This document shows, piece after piece, positions 9,957-19,952 of a stretch of 64,000 bases of DNA. Both the position numbers and the translations under genes were made by a program. This stretch comes from a bacterium (lineage in GTDB: Bacteria > Patescibacteriota > Minisyncoccia > Phycocordibacterales > UBA5272), in the NCBI GenBank assembly GCA_023267595.1, contig JAHFNB010000003.1, forward strand, positions 2,165-66,164, written 5' to 3'. Position 1 is the first letter of the stretch. Each line of letters opens with the position of its first letter. The notes beneath the pieces were generated by a model, which saw only the letters and a list, made by a program, of their open reading frames with translations, was not told the DNA's origin and did not search any database.

Positions 9957-11615
9957 ATGAATGGGTCAACCTCTATGCTCTATGCCAAAGATTTAACAAA
10001 TCTCATTTCTGGTGATGTATCAGTAGCAGAGGGAGAAAGAGAAAAAGTCGCGCGTGATACAAGTTTATTTTATGTAAAACCAGAGATTGTTATTTTTCCG
10101 AAAAATAGGGATGATATTTCTCATGTTCTTTCATATGTTCATGCTATAAAAGCAAAAGGCGGAAATCTTTCAGTTACCATGCGTGCTGCAGGAACTTGTA
10201 TGACGGGTGGTCCACTATCTTCATCTATTGTAATTGATACTACACGATATATGAATCATATAGGAGAGGTAACCAAAGAGTCTGCCATTGCAGAATCTGG
10301 AGTGTATTATCGTGATTTTGAAAAAGAAACTCTTAAAAAGGGTTGGCTTATGCCTAGTTATCCTGCATCACGTGAGTTAGCAGCAATTGGAGGTATTGTG
10401 TCAAATAATTCTGGTGGAGAAAAGACACTTGTGTATGGAAAAACAGAAAAGTATATCAAAGCACTTGATGTTGTTTTTGCAGATGGTAGTTCAGATACAC
10501 TTTGTCCTCTTACAAGACAAAATCTTGAAGTAAAGATGAAAGAACAAAGTGAGAGTGGAAGGATACATAGAGAATTGTTTGCTCTTATTGATAATAATTA
10601 TGAAATAATTAAACAAGCAAAACCATCTGTGTCCAAAAACTCCTCCGGATATTATCTATGGAATGTATATGATAAAGAAAAAGATATTTTTGATATAACA
10701 AAAGTAGTAGTTGGCTCTCAAGGAACACTTACTTGTATATCATCTGCAACGGTAACTGGTGTGCAAGTAAAAGAACATTCTCGAATGCTTGTTATGTTTT
10801 TACCAACAACATCACACTTAGGAGAGATTATTCCACAAATACTTAAGCATAAACCAGAAACACTTGAATCCTATGATGATCATACCTTTAAAATAGCAGT
10901 TCGATTTTTCAAAGATATTGCACTTCGTATGGGGGGAGATATGTTTACGTTAGGATTTCAATTTTTACCAGAGTTTTGGATGGTTGTAACAGGAGGCGTA
11001 CCAAAAATAATTCTTATGGCAGAGTTCACAGGAGAATCTGAAGAAGAGGTAGAACAACAAGTACAAACTGCCTATGATGATATGAAGCAGTTTGATCTTC
11101 CAATAAAACGTACAAAAAATGCTTTAGAATCAAAGAAGTATTGGACATTTCGTCGAGAGAGTTTTAATCTTCTTCGTACTCGCTTACAAGGATACCGTAC
11201 TGCACCTACCATTGATGATATTATTGTTCATCCAAAAGATTTACCAGAGTTTTTGCCACAATTAGAGACTATTTTTTCAAAATATGATTTGATATATACC
11301 ATTGCAGGACATATGGGGGATGCTAATTTTCATGTTATTCCACTTGTTAATCTTCATAAAGAGGGGATTGTAGATCAATTACATAAACTTATGGACGAAG
11401 TGTACGACTTGGTACTTTCTTATAATGGTTCTATTTCTGCAGAACATAATGATGGATTATTGCGCACTTCATATCTTTCAAAAATGTTTACTCCAGAAGT
11501 TATTTCACTTTTTGAAAAGACAAAAGACATCTTTGATCCACTTCATATTTTAAATCCTATGAAGAAAGTGTATCCTGACAAAGAATTTGCATGGAGTCAT
11601 ATTGATACCAAATAA
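9957..11615 (+). CDS. FAD-linked oxidoreductase (GlcD/D-lactate dehydrogenase-like, FAD_binding_4 + FAD-oxidase_C)
   Basis: RAAGTCMTG, PAS..AAIGGIVSNNSGG, GSQGTL, GHMGDANFH, SISAEHNDG and FDPLHILNP motifs. Confidence 0.85.
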   Translation: MNGSTSMLYAKDLTNLISGDVSVAEGEREKVARDTSLFYVKPEIVIFPKNRDDISHVLSYVHAIKAKGGNLSVTMRAAGTCMTGGPLSSSIVIDTTRYMNHIGEVTKESAIAESGVYYRDFEKETLKKGWLMPSYPASRELAAIGGIVSNNSGGEKTLVYGKTEKYIKALDVVFADGSSDTLCPLTRQNLEVKMKEQSESGRIHRELFALIDNNYEIIKQAKPSVSKNSSGYYLWNVYDKEKDIFDITKVVVGSQGTLTCISSATVTGVQVKEHSRMLVMFLPTTSHLGEIIPQILKHKPETLESYDDHTFKIAVRFFKDIALRMGGDMFTLGFQFLPEFWMVVTGGVPKIILMAEFTGESEEEVEQQVQTAYDDMKQFDLPIKRTKNALESKKYWTFRRESFNLLRTRLQGYRTAPTIDDIIVHPKDLPEFLPQLETIFSKYDLIYTIAGHMGDANFHVIPLVNLHKEGIVDQLHKLMDEVYDLVLSYNGSISAEHNDGLLRTSYLSKMFTPEVISLFEKTKDIFDPLHILNPMKKVYPDKEFAWSHIDTK

Positions 11616-11652
11616 GTTTGTATTTTTACGGGGATTTCGTATACTTCATAGT

Positions 11653-12009
11653 ATGAAAATAATTCATGGGATTTACCACATATTTGATCTCTTAGAAGAT
11701 AAAATACGTGCAGGGTTATCACGACATGCTTTTATCTATACGTTTGTGGGAGGGACAGGTATTGTTTTATTTTGGCGAGGAGTATGGCATACAGCAGATA
11801 TTTTAGAAAGAAAAGGTGGTGTATGGGGGGTTATGTTTTCATCTGGTGGGTCACTGTTGCTTGGTGTTTGTATTTTGCTTGCTACAGGACTTTTTGTTTC
11901 TATGTTTATCGGAGATTCAATTATTATTTCAGGAATTAATAAAGAAAAAAAGAAGATTGAGAAAGTAATTGAAGAAGTAAGTGAAGTAGAAAAAGAAGTT
12001 ACTATATAA
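11653..12009 (+). CDS. Small membrane protein, conserved-looking hypothetical
   Basis: Two hydrophobic segments and GIVLFWRGVWH; TATACT lies 7 nt before the ATG at 11653. Confidence 0.65.
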   Translation: MKIIHGIYHIFDLLEDKIRAGLSRHAFIYTFVGGTGIVLFWRGVWHTADILERKGGVWGVMFSSGGSLLLGVCILLATGLFVSMFIGDSIIISGINKEKKKIEKVIEEVSEVEKEVTI

Positions 12010-12013
12010 TCTT

Positions 12014-12523
12014 TTATTCAGATTTTTTTGTCATCATGATTACTTGTACTTTTCTATACTCTGCATGCCAACCAATGTTATTAGCAAGAAGTTGAAGTAT
12101 AGAAGCAAAAGATGCAATTGCTAAGAATAGAAACAAGAAATAACTATTTGGAATCATTAAAAATACAAAGAGTGAACACAATGAAATCCAAACTCCCATA
12201 CACCACGGACATGTTGCCAGTTTATAGAGTGTTGCTTTTAGCGAGTTCTTGGATTCCACAAAAGAATAGTAACCATGTTCTTCTACGGTATCCATTAACC
12301 CTTCACGTATAAATAGAAAAACATTATCGTAGACAAAAAGACGAATCATTCGAAATACTGCAAGTGTGATGATACACAGATTTAATATAGAGATTGTTTC
12401 AGGGAGTTTACCTGTAGTATATAAAACTTTATAAAACAGTATCATTGTCCCCATAAATACAATAATAAAGAAAATATTCCATTTTTTAATGTTATTTTGA
12501 AGTATATAATCTTTCGCATTCAT
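12014..12523 (-). CDS. DUF1360-like membrane protein
   Basis: LAVFRMIRLFVYD and LATCPWCMGVW motifs. Confidence 0.7.
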   Translation of the reverse strand: MNAKDYILQNNIKKWNIFFIIVFMGTMILFYKVLYTTGKLPETISILNLCIITLAVFRMIRLFVYDNVFLFIREGLMDTVEEHGYYSFVESKNSLKATLYKLATCPWCMGVWISLCSLFVFLMIPNSYFLFLFLAIASFASILQLLANNIGWHAEYRKVQVIMMTKKSE

Positions 12524-12655
12524 ATAAGATCAGTATAGCATTTCTATGTGGGTGTATTTTTGTAAGAAAACTCTGATATTTTCGTCATTATATATACATC
12601 CCTACACGATATGGGAATTACTTATTAAAGTGGCACACATAATTAAAAAATATAT

Positions 12656-13171
12656 ATGATAACAACAATTGGAGTATTTAAAACACACATGGAAGCAGAA
12701 AGTACATTACATGAACTTCGTGATTTTGGAATTGATGAATCAGATTTATCATATTTATATATCAACAATGAAGGGAATATAAAAGATGGTGAAGAAGGTA
12801 GCAAAATGGGGGATGGAACTATATCTGGTGCAACAACAGGTGCAATTATAGGTGGTATTGCAGGACTTGTTATTGCAAATGGTATTTTACCAGGGTTAGG
12901 AACACTTATTGTCGCAGGTCCTCTTGCTGCAGCATTAGGGTTTACAGGTATTGCTGCAACTGCAGTAGCAGGGGCTGCAACTGGAGCCGTGGCAGGTGGA
13001 TTAATTGGAGCACTTAGTCATATGGGTATATCTGAAGATGATGTACATATTTATGAAGATTATGTTCGTCGTGGAGATATTCTTGTTATTGCGCGTGCTA
13101 CTGAAAAAAGTACAAAAGATATCTTTATGAAAAATGGTGCATCAAGTGTACGAAATTATACGGTAGAGTAG
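12656..13171 (+). CDS. General-stress-protein-like membrane protein with a glycine zipper
   Basis: IGVFKTH.EAE, GATTGAIIGG..IPGLG..AGPL..GGLIGAL..GI and YEDYVRRGDILV motifs. Confidence 0.7.
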   Translation: MITTIGVFKTHMEAESTLHELRDFGIDESDLSYLYINNEGNIKDGEEGSKMGDGTISGATTGAIIGGIAGLVIANGILPGLGTLIVAGPLAAALGFTGIAATAVAGAATGAVAGGLIGALSHMGISEDDVHIYEDYVRRGDILVIARATEKSTKDIFMKNGASSVRNYTVE

Positions 13172-13273
13172 TGAGGAAATTATTGTGACTACAAGTTTTC
13201 TTTCGTCGTCACTCAAGAAACTCGCAGCCCACCCCTCGTGGTTTTGTCTGCTGACAAAACATCACTGCGGCCC

Positions 13274-13323
13274 TCCACAAAGCACAAAACCTGCAGCAGT
13301 GCAGGTTTTTGTGTTTTTGTGGA
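13274..13323. terminator. Long hairpin between the convergent gene and the tRNA-Ala 3' end
   Basis: TCCACAAAGCACAAAACCTGCA-gcag-TGCAGGTTTTTGTGTTTTTGTGGA. Confidence 0.7.
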
Positions 13324-13392
13324 CCCTAGCGGAATCGAACCGCTCACCTCCGGAGTGCAAAACCGGCGCTCTACCATATGAGCTAAGGGCCC
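13320..13392 (-). tRNA. tRNA-Ala(UGC), CCA not encoded
   Basis: GGGCCCTTAGCTCATATGGTAGAGCGCCGGTTTTGCACTCCGGAGGTGAGCGGTTCGATTCCGCTAGGGTCCA; G3:U70 pair and anticodon TGC. Confidence 0.95.
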
Positions 13393-13516
13393 AATATTTT
13401 ATCTTATTACCTACTTTATTTTTTGCACTATAGCATAGCACTTTTTACATAGATATAAGTCACAAAATTATACCAGAATATTGCCCTAATCGCAAGTAAG
13501 ACATATACTATGTTTC

Positions 13517-14806
13517 ATGTATAAAACAATACTTTCTCTTTCATGTATCGCCTTAATTCTTGTAGTTGGTACTTTCTATTTTAAATACCGTAGTTCTCCC
13601 CAAAAAGAACTTGCAGTTACTACATCATTACCTATTTTACTCTATCCAGAAAGTGGGGAAGTAACCTTTAAAATTTTAGGAAGTACATCATTTCAAATAG
13701 CAACGTCTTCTCCTACAATAATTCCTAACCAAACAATAGTTCATACAGAGACTGGTAAAGCATCTGTCCTTTTACCAGATAACTCCATGATTTCTCTTGA
13801 TACAAATACTGAAATAACAATAAATTATTCATCATCTAAGACTTCTGTGTATCAAACATTAGGGACAACATATCACCGTGTGCAGACACTTCTTACAGGA
13901 TCTAGTTATCAAGTACAAACACCAGGAACACTTGCAGCAGTTCGTGGTACAAAGTTTGCTATCAAATATGATTCAAAAACAAAAAAGACAAAAGTTGCTG
14001 TAACAGAACACAATGTTGAAGTTTCTACCATTCCACCTGGTTCTCAAATAACAGGAACTACAACACCATTTACTGAAACTATCTCACTTGGTGAAGGGAA
14101 AACTGTAACCGTTGCTATGGTAACCAAAGTTCCTAAGCAAGGAGAATCTGCGATGCAGATTGCAGATACTGTAAAAGATGATGATATGCGTATATGGGTG
14201 GAGGTTAATAAAAATGATGATAGACGTCTTGATGATATTAAAAAGAATATAAAAAGTGATGAAGATATTCGTGTAGAAATAAAGAAAGAAATATTTAAGG
14301 ATATAAAAGAAGATGTACAATCAGAAGTACTCGATACAAGAAAAGATAGTATTGAAACCAACATTGTTGATAAAAAAGTAAATCTTGATTCTACAAAAAC
14401 AGAAATAAAAACAGAACCAAAACCTATAGTAGAAACAAAACCTACAATAGAGACAAAAACTGAAACTACAGTAAAAACAGATACTACATCAAACACACCT
14501 GTTACCACTTCATCACTTGTAAAAAAAATGGATGAAGAACAGTACTTTAATGGTTTCAATGATATGTTTATTAAATACTTCTATCTGGATGAAAATGATA
14601 CACCATGTATAACTTCTATCTTGCCACAAGAACGTGTTCGTCAGGTTACATCATTTGCAAATACTAATGGATATCCATTTACTTCAACAACGCTTCTTTC
14701 TTTTGCTCAAGCCATACAAGGATATTGTACAAATAAAGATGTTGCTACAAAAATAAAATTACAAGCACGATTTGACGAAGAGTTTCCCTATAAAGACAAC
14801 TTCTAG
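13517..14806 (+). CDS. FecR-domain membrane-anchored protein
   Basis: N-terminal TM; TETGKASVLLPDNSMISLDTNTEI and VQTPGTLAAVRGTKF..VAVTEHNVEV motifs. Confidence 0.75.
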   Translation: MYKTILSLSCIALILVVGTFYFKYRSSPQKELAVTTSLPILLYPESGEVTFKILGSTSFQIATSSPTIIPNQTIVHTETGKASVLLPDNSMISLDTNTEITINYSSSKTSVYQTLGTTYHRVQTLLTGSSYQVQTPGTLAAVRGTKFAIKYDSKTKKTKVAVTEHNVEVSTIPPGSQITGTTTPFTETISLGEGKTVTVAMVTKVPKQGESAMQIADTVKDDDMRIWVEVNKNDDRRLDDIKKNIKSDEDIRVEIKKEIFKDIKEDVQSEVLDTRKDSIETNIVDKKVNLDSTKTEIKTEPKPIVETKPTIETKTETTVKTDTTSNTPVTTSSLVKKMDEEQYFNGFNDMFIKYFYLDENDTPCITSILPQERVRQVTSFANTNGYPFTSTTLLSFAQAIQGYCTNKDVATKIKLQARFDEEFPYKDNF

Positions 14807-14808
14807 GT

Positions 14809-16701
14809 ATGAATGAGGTTGTATCGTTCATTAAACAATATATAACATTTGCAGTGGGATTTGTTGTTGTAACTGTCGTCGTCGTGTTTATTGCAGTATC
14901 TACTCGTGGAGAATTGCTAACACAACAATTTTTTGATCCATTACGAATAACTTCATCACGTGACGAGGTTCGTATTGTTGGTATTGACGATGCATCCCTT
15001 CAAAGTATCGGAGCATGGCCATGGGATAGAAGTATATTTGCAAAACTTACTTCTTCTTTATATGAGCATGGAGCAAAAGCAGTTGTGTACGATGTTCTTT
15101 TTTTAGAACCACGTAGTGGGGATATTGTATTCAAAAAAGTATTAGATGATTCTATTACACCAACTGTTCTTGCGGCAAAAAATAATAATGGAGCACTTTT
15201 AGAAAGTTTTTTACGTGGTGGTAATACACGTATAATCAGTTCTCTTCCACAAGTTACTCCAGATACAGATGGAAAAGTACGTATGTATCCACAAGGAAAA
15301 GAAATTGGTAATGTGTGTGTAGATACACTCGCACATAGTGCTTTTCTTATTTATATTCATAAGCAGTTTATATGCAATGAAAGTTATAATTCATTTCGTT
15401 ATCCAACATCTATACAAACAGTATCAGTACAAGATGTTCTCAATAACAAGATTCCTAATGATTTTTTCAAAAATAAAGTTATTTTTATCGGATCTACAGC
15501 ACTTGATCTAGAGGATCACTTTGTGGGTATGAGTGGTGAAAAAGTTTCAGGTGTTTATGTTCATGCAAGTATTTTTACATCGCTCCTTAATAATGTCTCA
15601 GATAGAACTCTCACTACTACAGAGACAACGGTTCTTATAACTCTTTATGGACTATTATTTCTCTTAGTGTTATATCGTACTAAGACTATTATCACCCAAT
15701 TACTTGTGGGAACTGGTTTTATTATTATCCTTATAACAGGAACACTTACCATGTTTTCATATGGAATAATACTTCCATTTCCTTGGCTTATTCTTGTAAC
15801 TTTTTTGATTGCAGGATATAACGCACTGTATAGATTTATCAAAGAACGAAAACAAAATGAATATATATCATCTTTATTTTCAAAATATGTTCATAAAGAT
15901 GTCTTAGAAGAACTTATGAAATCATCTTCCTCACTTCGTTTTGATGGAGAACGTCGTGAGATGAGTATTTTGTTTTCTGATATTCGAGGTTTTACTTCAT
16001 TTTCTGAGACGATGACACCTGAGGAACTCACGAAATTATTAAATGGATATTTAAGTGCCATGACTCCTGCAATATTAGAAGAAAAGGGGACAATTGATAA
16101 GTTTATTGGGGATGCAATTATGGCATTTTGGAATGCTCCACTATTTGTTGAAGATCATACAACTCACGCAGTAAAAGCAGGATTACGCATGGAGCATGCT
16201 TTACGATTATTTAATACAAAACATAAATCAAACTTAGCAGTAGGTATTGGTATTCATTTTGGAAACGTTATTGTTGGAAACGTAGGTTCAGAAGAAAGAG
16301 TAAACTATACCATTCTTGGAGACGCAGTGAATCTCGCATCACGCGTAGAAGGACTTACGAAGAAATATGGGGTTGGTTTATTGGTAACAGAAGAAGCAAA
16401 AGAACGTGTACATGATGCAAATATTATTTTTAGAAAATTAGATATTATTACCGTAAAAGGAAAGAGTAAACCAACAGTTCTTTATGAAGCACAAACATAT
16501 AATAAAGAAATCAAAGAAATATTTACTCATTACGAACATGCTTTTGTTCACTATCAAAATAAAAAATGGGACGAAGCAGAAACAATCTTTAAAGAATTAG
16601 AGAGTAAAGGTGATATTCCTTCTTTACACATGTTAGAGCGTATTCCAATACTCAAGAATGATCCTTCATTTGATGGTGTATGGCACTTTGATGAGAAGTA
16701 A
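14809..16701 (+). CDS. CHASE2-domain class III adenylate cyclase
   Basis: IVGIDDASL..GAWPWDR (CHASE2), three TMs, then ILFSDIRGFT, IDKFIGDAIMAFW and YTILGDAVNLASRVEG. Confidence 0.9.
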   Translation: MNEVVSFIKQYITFAVGFVVVTVVVVFIAVSTRGELLTQQFFDPLRITSSRDEVRIVGIDDASLQSIGAWPWDRSIFAKLTSSLYEHGAKAVVYDVLFLEPRSGDIVFKKVLDDSITPTVLAAKNNNGALLESFLRGGNTRIISSLPQVTPDTDGKVRMYPQGKEIGNVCVDTLAHSAFLIYIHKQFICNESYNSFRYPTSIQTVSVQDVLNNKIPNDFFKNKVIFIGSTALDLEDHFVGMSGEKVSGVYVHASIFTSLLNNVSDRTLTTTETTVLITLYGLLFLLVLYRTKTIITQLLVGTGFIIILITGTLTMFSYGIILPFPWLILVTFLIAGYNALYRFIKERKQNEYISSLFSKYVHKDVLEELMKSSSSLRFDGERREMSILFSDIRGFTSFSETMTPEELTKLLNGYLSAMTPAILEEKGTIDKFIGDAIMAFWNAPLFVEDHTTHAVKAGLRMEHALRLFNTKHKSNLAVGIGIHFGNVIVGNVGSEERVNYTILGDAVNLASRVEGLTKKYGVGLLVTEEAKERVHDANIIFRKLDIITVKGKSKPTVLYEAQTYNKEIKEIFTHYEHAFVHYQNKKWDEAETIFKELESKGDIPSLHMLERIPILKNDPSFDGVWHFDEK

Positions 16702-16781
16702 ATTATTTCTTGTTTTTTCTTCTTTTTCTGATAGTATTCTTGTAGAAACTCAGGTTTTCTGAATATTACTGGAGAATTTTA

Positions 16782-17009
16782 ATGCAAACTGATGAGAGTG
16801 GATTAGATGAAGTCAGAGACTCAATCATGGTTATTTTTGAAGGTTACGGAACACTTGCTGATCTTGAAAAGATCAGAGCAATTGCTTCGAATGGTCATCG
16901 TAATTGTGACCTCGGAAGTATACCAGCATGCACATGTGGTAATGTTGAAGCAAAGAATTTTATGTCTGTCTTCGAAGGGCAGAAAAATATGAAAGACCTA
17001 CTCAGATAA
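16782..17009 (+). CDS. Orphan hypothetical protein (Cys/His cluster)
   Basis: 75 aa; GGAG upstream; followed by a GC-rich hairpin. Confidence 0.55.
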   Translation: MQTDESGLDEVRDSIMVIFEGYGTLADLEKIRAIASNGHRNCDLGSIPACTCGNVEAKNFMSVFEGQKNMKDLLR

Positions 17010-17017
17010 ATTACCAG

Positions 17018-17038
17018 AAGCCGCCTTTTAGGCGGCTT
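17018..17038. terminator. Hairpin between convergent genes
   Basis: AAGCCGCCT-ttt-AGGCGGCTT. Confidence 0.7.
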
Positions 17039-17040
17039 GC

Positions 17041-17727
17041 TTATTTCCATAAATGAGTTCCAACTCTATCTTCTGCAAACTTATGATTTACATCACGATG
17101 TAACATTTCGTCTTTAATTGTTGCAGAAATCATATCAGATAACGTTGCATCTTTTTTCAGATTCCAATATGTCTTTGCAAACTCTGTTGCAGGAATATCT
17201 TTATGGACACCATTTTTTACAAGTTCCAAGTAATGTTCATAACTGTGTATGGCTTCTTCTTCAAAATAACCGACAACTCGATGTGCAGTTTTTGGAGAAA
17301 TGAGATACAGAATAAAATAGAGATGATAAAAGAAAAACTGTACTATCATGATGAGAAGTTTCTCAAATGCATTTGGCTGTACTATTTCACTGTAGATAAT
17401 GAGATGTACTCGTTCATTTTCTGCTTCGTCTAGTAATGTACGTATCCATCCTCTATCATCACGAATGAATCGTAAAGATTTTAAATGTTGTAGTAATCCA
17501 CCAACCATTCCAGGAACGGCTGCAATTGTTTCTAACACCACTGCACGATGCCCATAACGATTTTGAAATAAAAAGTCTGCACATGTAGCAGAGAAATGCA
17601 CTATAGATTTTGCTATATAATCCGATGTACTTTTCGGAGTTTGTCTGAATTGTTCTTGATGGTTCGTAATACGAGGGATAACTGCATGGGTATCTTCAAA
17701 CATATCATCACTTTTCTCTTCTAACAT
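17041..17727 (-). CDS. aox: Alternative (ubiquinol) oxidase, di-iron carboxylate
   Basis: LETIAAVPGMVGG, EAENERVHL, VGYFEEEAIHSY and DEMLHRDVNH: the canonical AOX iron-ligand motifs. Confidence 0.92.
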   Translation of the reverse strand: MLEEKSDDMFEDTHAVIPRITNHQEQFRQTPKSTSDYIAKSIVHFSATCADFLFQNRYGHRAVVLETIAAVPGMVGGLLQHLKSLRFIRDDRGWIRTLLDEAENERVHLIIYSEIVQPNAFEKLLIMIVQFFFYHLYFILYLISPKTAHRVVGYFEEEAIHSYEHYLELVKNGVHKDIPATEFAKTYWNLKKDATLSDMISATIKDEMLHRDVNHKFAEDRVGTHLWK

Positions 17728-17793
17728 AGTATTTCTAGTATACCCTAGTGAACCACTTTTATAAAAATCCCCCTACATGGTAGAATACTAAGC

Positions 17794-19068
17794 ATGTTAG
17801 ACATCAAATTTATTCGCGAAAATAGCGAACTTATTAAACTGGCTGCAACCAAAAAACATCTTTCATTTAATGTCGATGAATTGGTAAAGGTAGATACAGA
17901 ACGGTTAAATCTTTTAAAAGTAGTAGAAGATTTACGAGGAGAACAAAATCGAGCAAGTGAAGAAATTGCAAAATCAAGTGGTGAAGAGAGAAATGGTTTG
18001 ATAGAATCTATGCGCCGCGTGAAAGAAGATCTCAAGAAAAAAGAAGAAGAATTAGAAGACGTTATGAAAAGTTGGCGAGTACTCATGTTATCAGTGCCAA
18101 ATATTCCAGATGTTTCAGTTCCAGAAGGAGCAAGTGATGCAGATAATAAAGAAGTAAAAAAATGGGGGACTATACCAACTTTTTCATTCACACCACTTGA
18201 TCATATAGCACTCATGGAAGGTCAGGATATGGTAGATTTTGAGCGTGGTACCAAGACTTCTGGGTTTCGTGGGTATTTCCTCAAAAATGATGCTGCTATG
18301 CTAGAAATGGCAATTTGGCAATACATTATGAATACGTGGCAGACAAAAGGTTTTATACCAATGCTTGTTCCTTCACTTGTTAAACGTGAAGCATTATTAG
18401 GTACAGGATATTTACCTCAAGGTGAAGATGATTTGTATAAAGATGGTAATGATTATTTTGCAGGAACAGGCGAGGTTGCCACTATGTTTTTTCATAGCGA
18501 TGAAGTATTGGAACAATCATCTCTTCCAAAAAAATATATTGTGTGGAGTCCATGTTTTCGTAAAGAAGCAGGAAGTCATGGTAAAGATGTAAAAGGTCTC
18601 ATTCGTGTTCATGAATTTTATAAATGCGAACAAGTGGTTTTATGTGAAGCATCTCATGAACAATCAGTAACATACCATGAAGAAATTACACGTAACGCAG
18701 AAGAAATGATGGAAGCACTAGGACTTCCATACCATACAGTTGCAAATTGTGGTGGAGATCTTGGTTTGGGACAAGTAAAAAAATATGACATTGAAGTGTG
18801 GATGCCTTCTCAAGAGAAATATCGAGAGACACATTCTGCAAGTTATTTTCACGATTTTCAAACACGACGTTTAAATATTCGTTACAAGGATACTGAAGGA
18901 AAACTTCTCTACACTCATTCACTTAATAATACTGCAGGTGCAACACCACGCCTTGTTACAGCAATTATAGAAAATTATCAACAGGCAGACGGAACCATCA
19001 AAGTACCTGATGTACTTGTACCTTTTATGAATGGAAAAACGATACTCGGAAAATCTTTCCGTTCATAA
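17794..19068 (+). CDS. serS: Seryl-tRNA synthetase
   Basis: MLDIKFIREN coiled arm; GTGEV, CFRKEAGS..GLIRVHEFYKCEQ and HSLNNT..PR motifs. Confidence 0.97.
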   Translation: MLDIKFIRENSELIKLAATKKHLSFNVDELVKVDTERLNLLKVVEDLRGEQNRASEEIAKSSGEERNGLIESMRRVKEDLKKKEEELEDVMKSWRVLMLSVPNIPDVSVPEGASDADNKEVKKWGTIPTFSFTPLDHIALMEGQDMVDFERGTKTSGFRGYFLKNDAAMLEMAIWQYIMNTWQTKGFIPMLVPSLVKREALLGTGYLPQGEDDLYKDGNDYFAGTGEVATMFFHSDEVLEQSSLPKKYIVWSPCFRKEAGSHGKDVKGLIRVHEFYKCEQVVLCEASHEQSVTYHEEITRNAEEMMEALGLPYHTVANCGGDLGLGQVKKYDIEVWMPSQEKYRETHSASYFHDFQTRRLNIRYKDTEGKLLYTHSLNNTAGATPRLVTAIIENYQQADGTIKVPDVLVPFMNGKTILGKSFRS

Positions 19069-19930
19069 TATTATGAAGAAGAGACGACGTATTCTCTGGA
19101 AAAAAGTCGGTTTCTATAGTTTTATATTTATTACTATGGTAGCACTTTTTTATATAGCCTTTAGAACACCACTATTTACGATTACATCCTATGAATTACT
19201 AGGAGTTCCACAAGAAAATGAATCTATTATTAGAAGTCGATTAGAAGAAATCGCACAAAAACCACTGTATAAAATATTTCCGAGTAATAGAATATTTTCA
19301 TATCGCAAGTTGTATATTAAATCTTTAATTACAGAAATAGTGCCCACAACAGAAACTATAACCTTATTTCCAGTAGGTTTGCACACATTGCGTATAACGG
19401 TGACACCATATACACCACTTTTTAGTATTGATGATACCCATGCAATCACAAAAGATGGAGTTATCTATGAAGTACAGAAATCAAAACTTGATTTACCAAT
19501 TTTTGAAAGTGCCTCATCAACAACAAAGACGTTTCAAAGAGAAGGTGTGACTGTGGTAATACTAGATGATAAAACTGTAGAACTACTTTCTCCTATCGCA
19601 ACCTTAGTAGAAAAAATAGACTCTGTACTATTTCCTGTTTTTAAAATTACTATTGACGGGTTTGGTGACGTCAAGTTATTTGATAAGCAAGAAAAAAGTA
19701 TGGTACTTATTGCTTCAAGTAATGATATGAAAAAAGTCTGGTCTAATCTTTTAAGTGCAATAGATACTGAACCACTCAAATCAAAGTTAGTAAAAGATAA
19801 AAATAATTTACTGTATCTTGATACTCGATTCGGAAATAAAGTTTTTTATAAGTTTACAAATATCCCCAAGACAGATATAATCCCATCCTATGTTGCTACT
19901 ACGACATCTTCAACGACTATTTCACATTAG
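19031..19930 (+). CDS. FtsQ/DivIB-like cell division protein
   Basis: Basic N-tail, one TM, a POTRA-like region and a C-terminal YLDTRFGNKVFYK; alternative start at 19073. Confidence 0.6.
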   Translation: MEKRYSENLSVHNIMKKRRRILWKKVGFYSFIFITMVALFYIAFRTPLFTITSYELLGVPQENESIIRSRLEEIAQKPLYKIFPSNRIFSYRKLYIKSLITEIVPTTETITLFPVGLHTLRITVTPYTPLFSIDDTHAITKDGVIYEVQKSKLDLPIFESASSTTKTFQREGVTVVILDDKTVELLSPIATLVEKIDSVLFPVFKITIDGFGDVKLFDKQEKSMVLIASSNDMKKVWSNLLSAIDTEPLKSKLVKDKNNLLYLDTRFGNKVFYKFTNIPKTDIIPSYVATTTSSTTISH

Positions 19931-19952
19931 TCTAAATATACAGAAAGTAACC

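Noticed and set aside
13185-13433. 82-aa ORF in the ORF track
   Set aside because: It is an antisense shadow of tRNA-Ala and its hairpin trailer.
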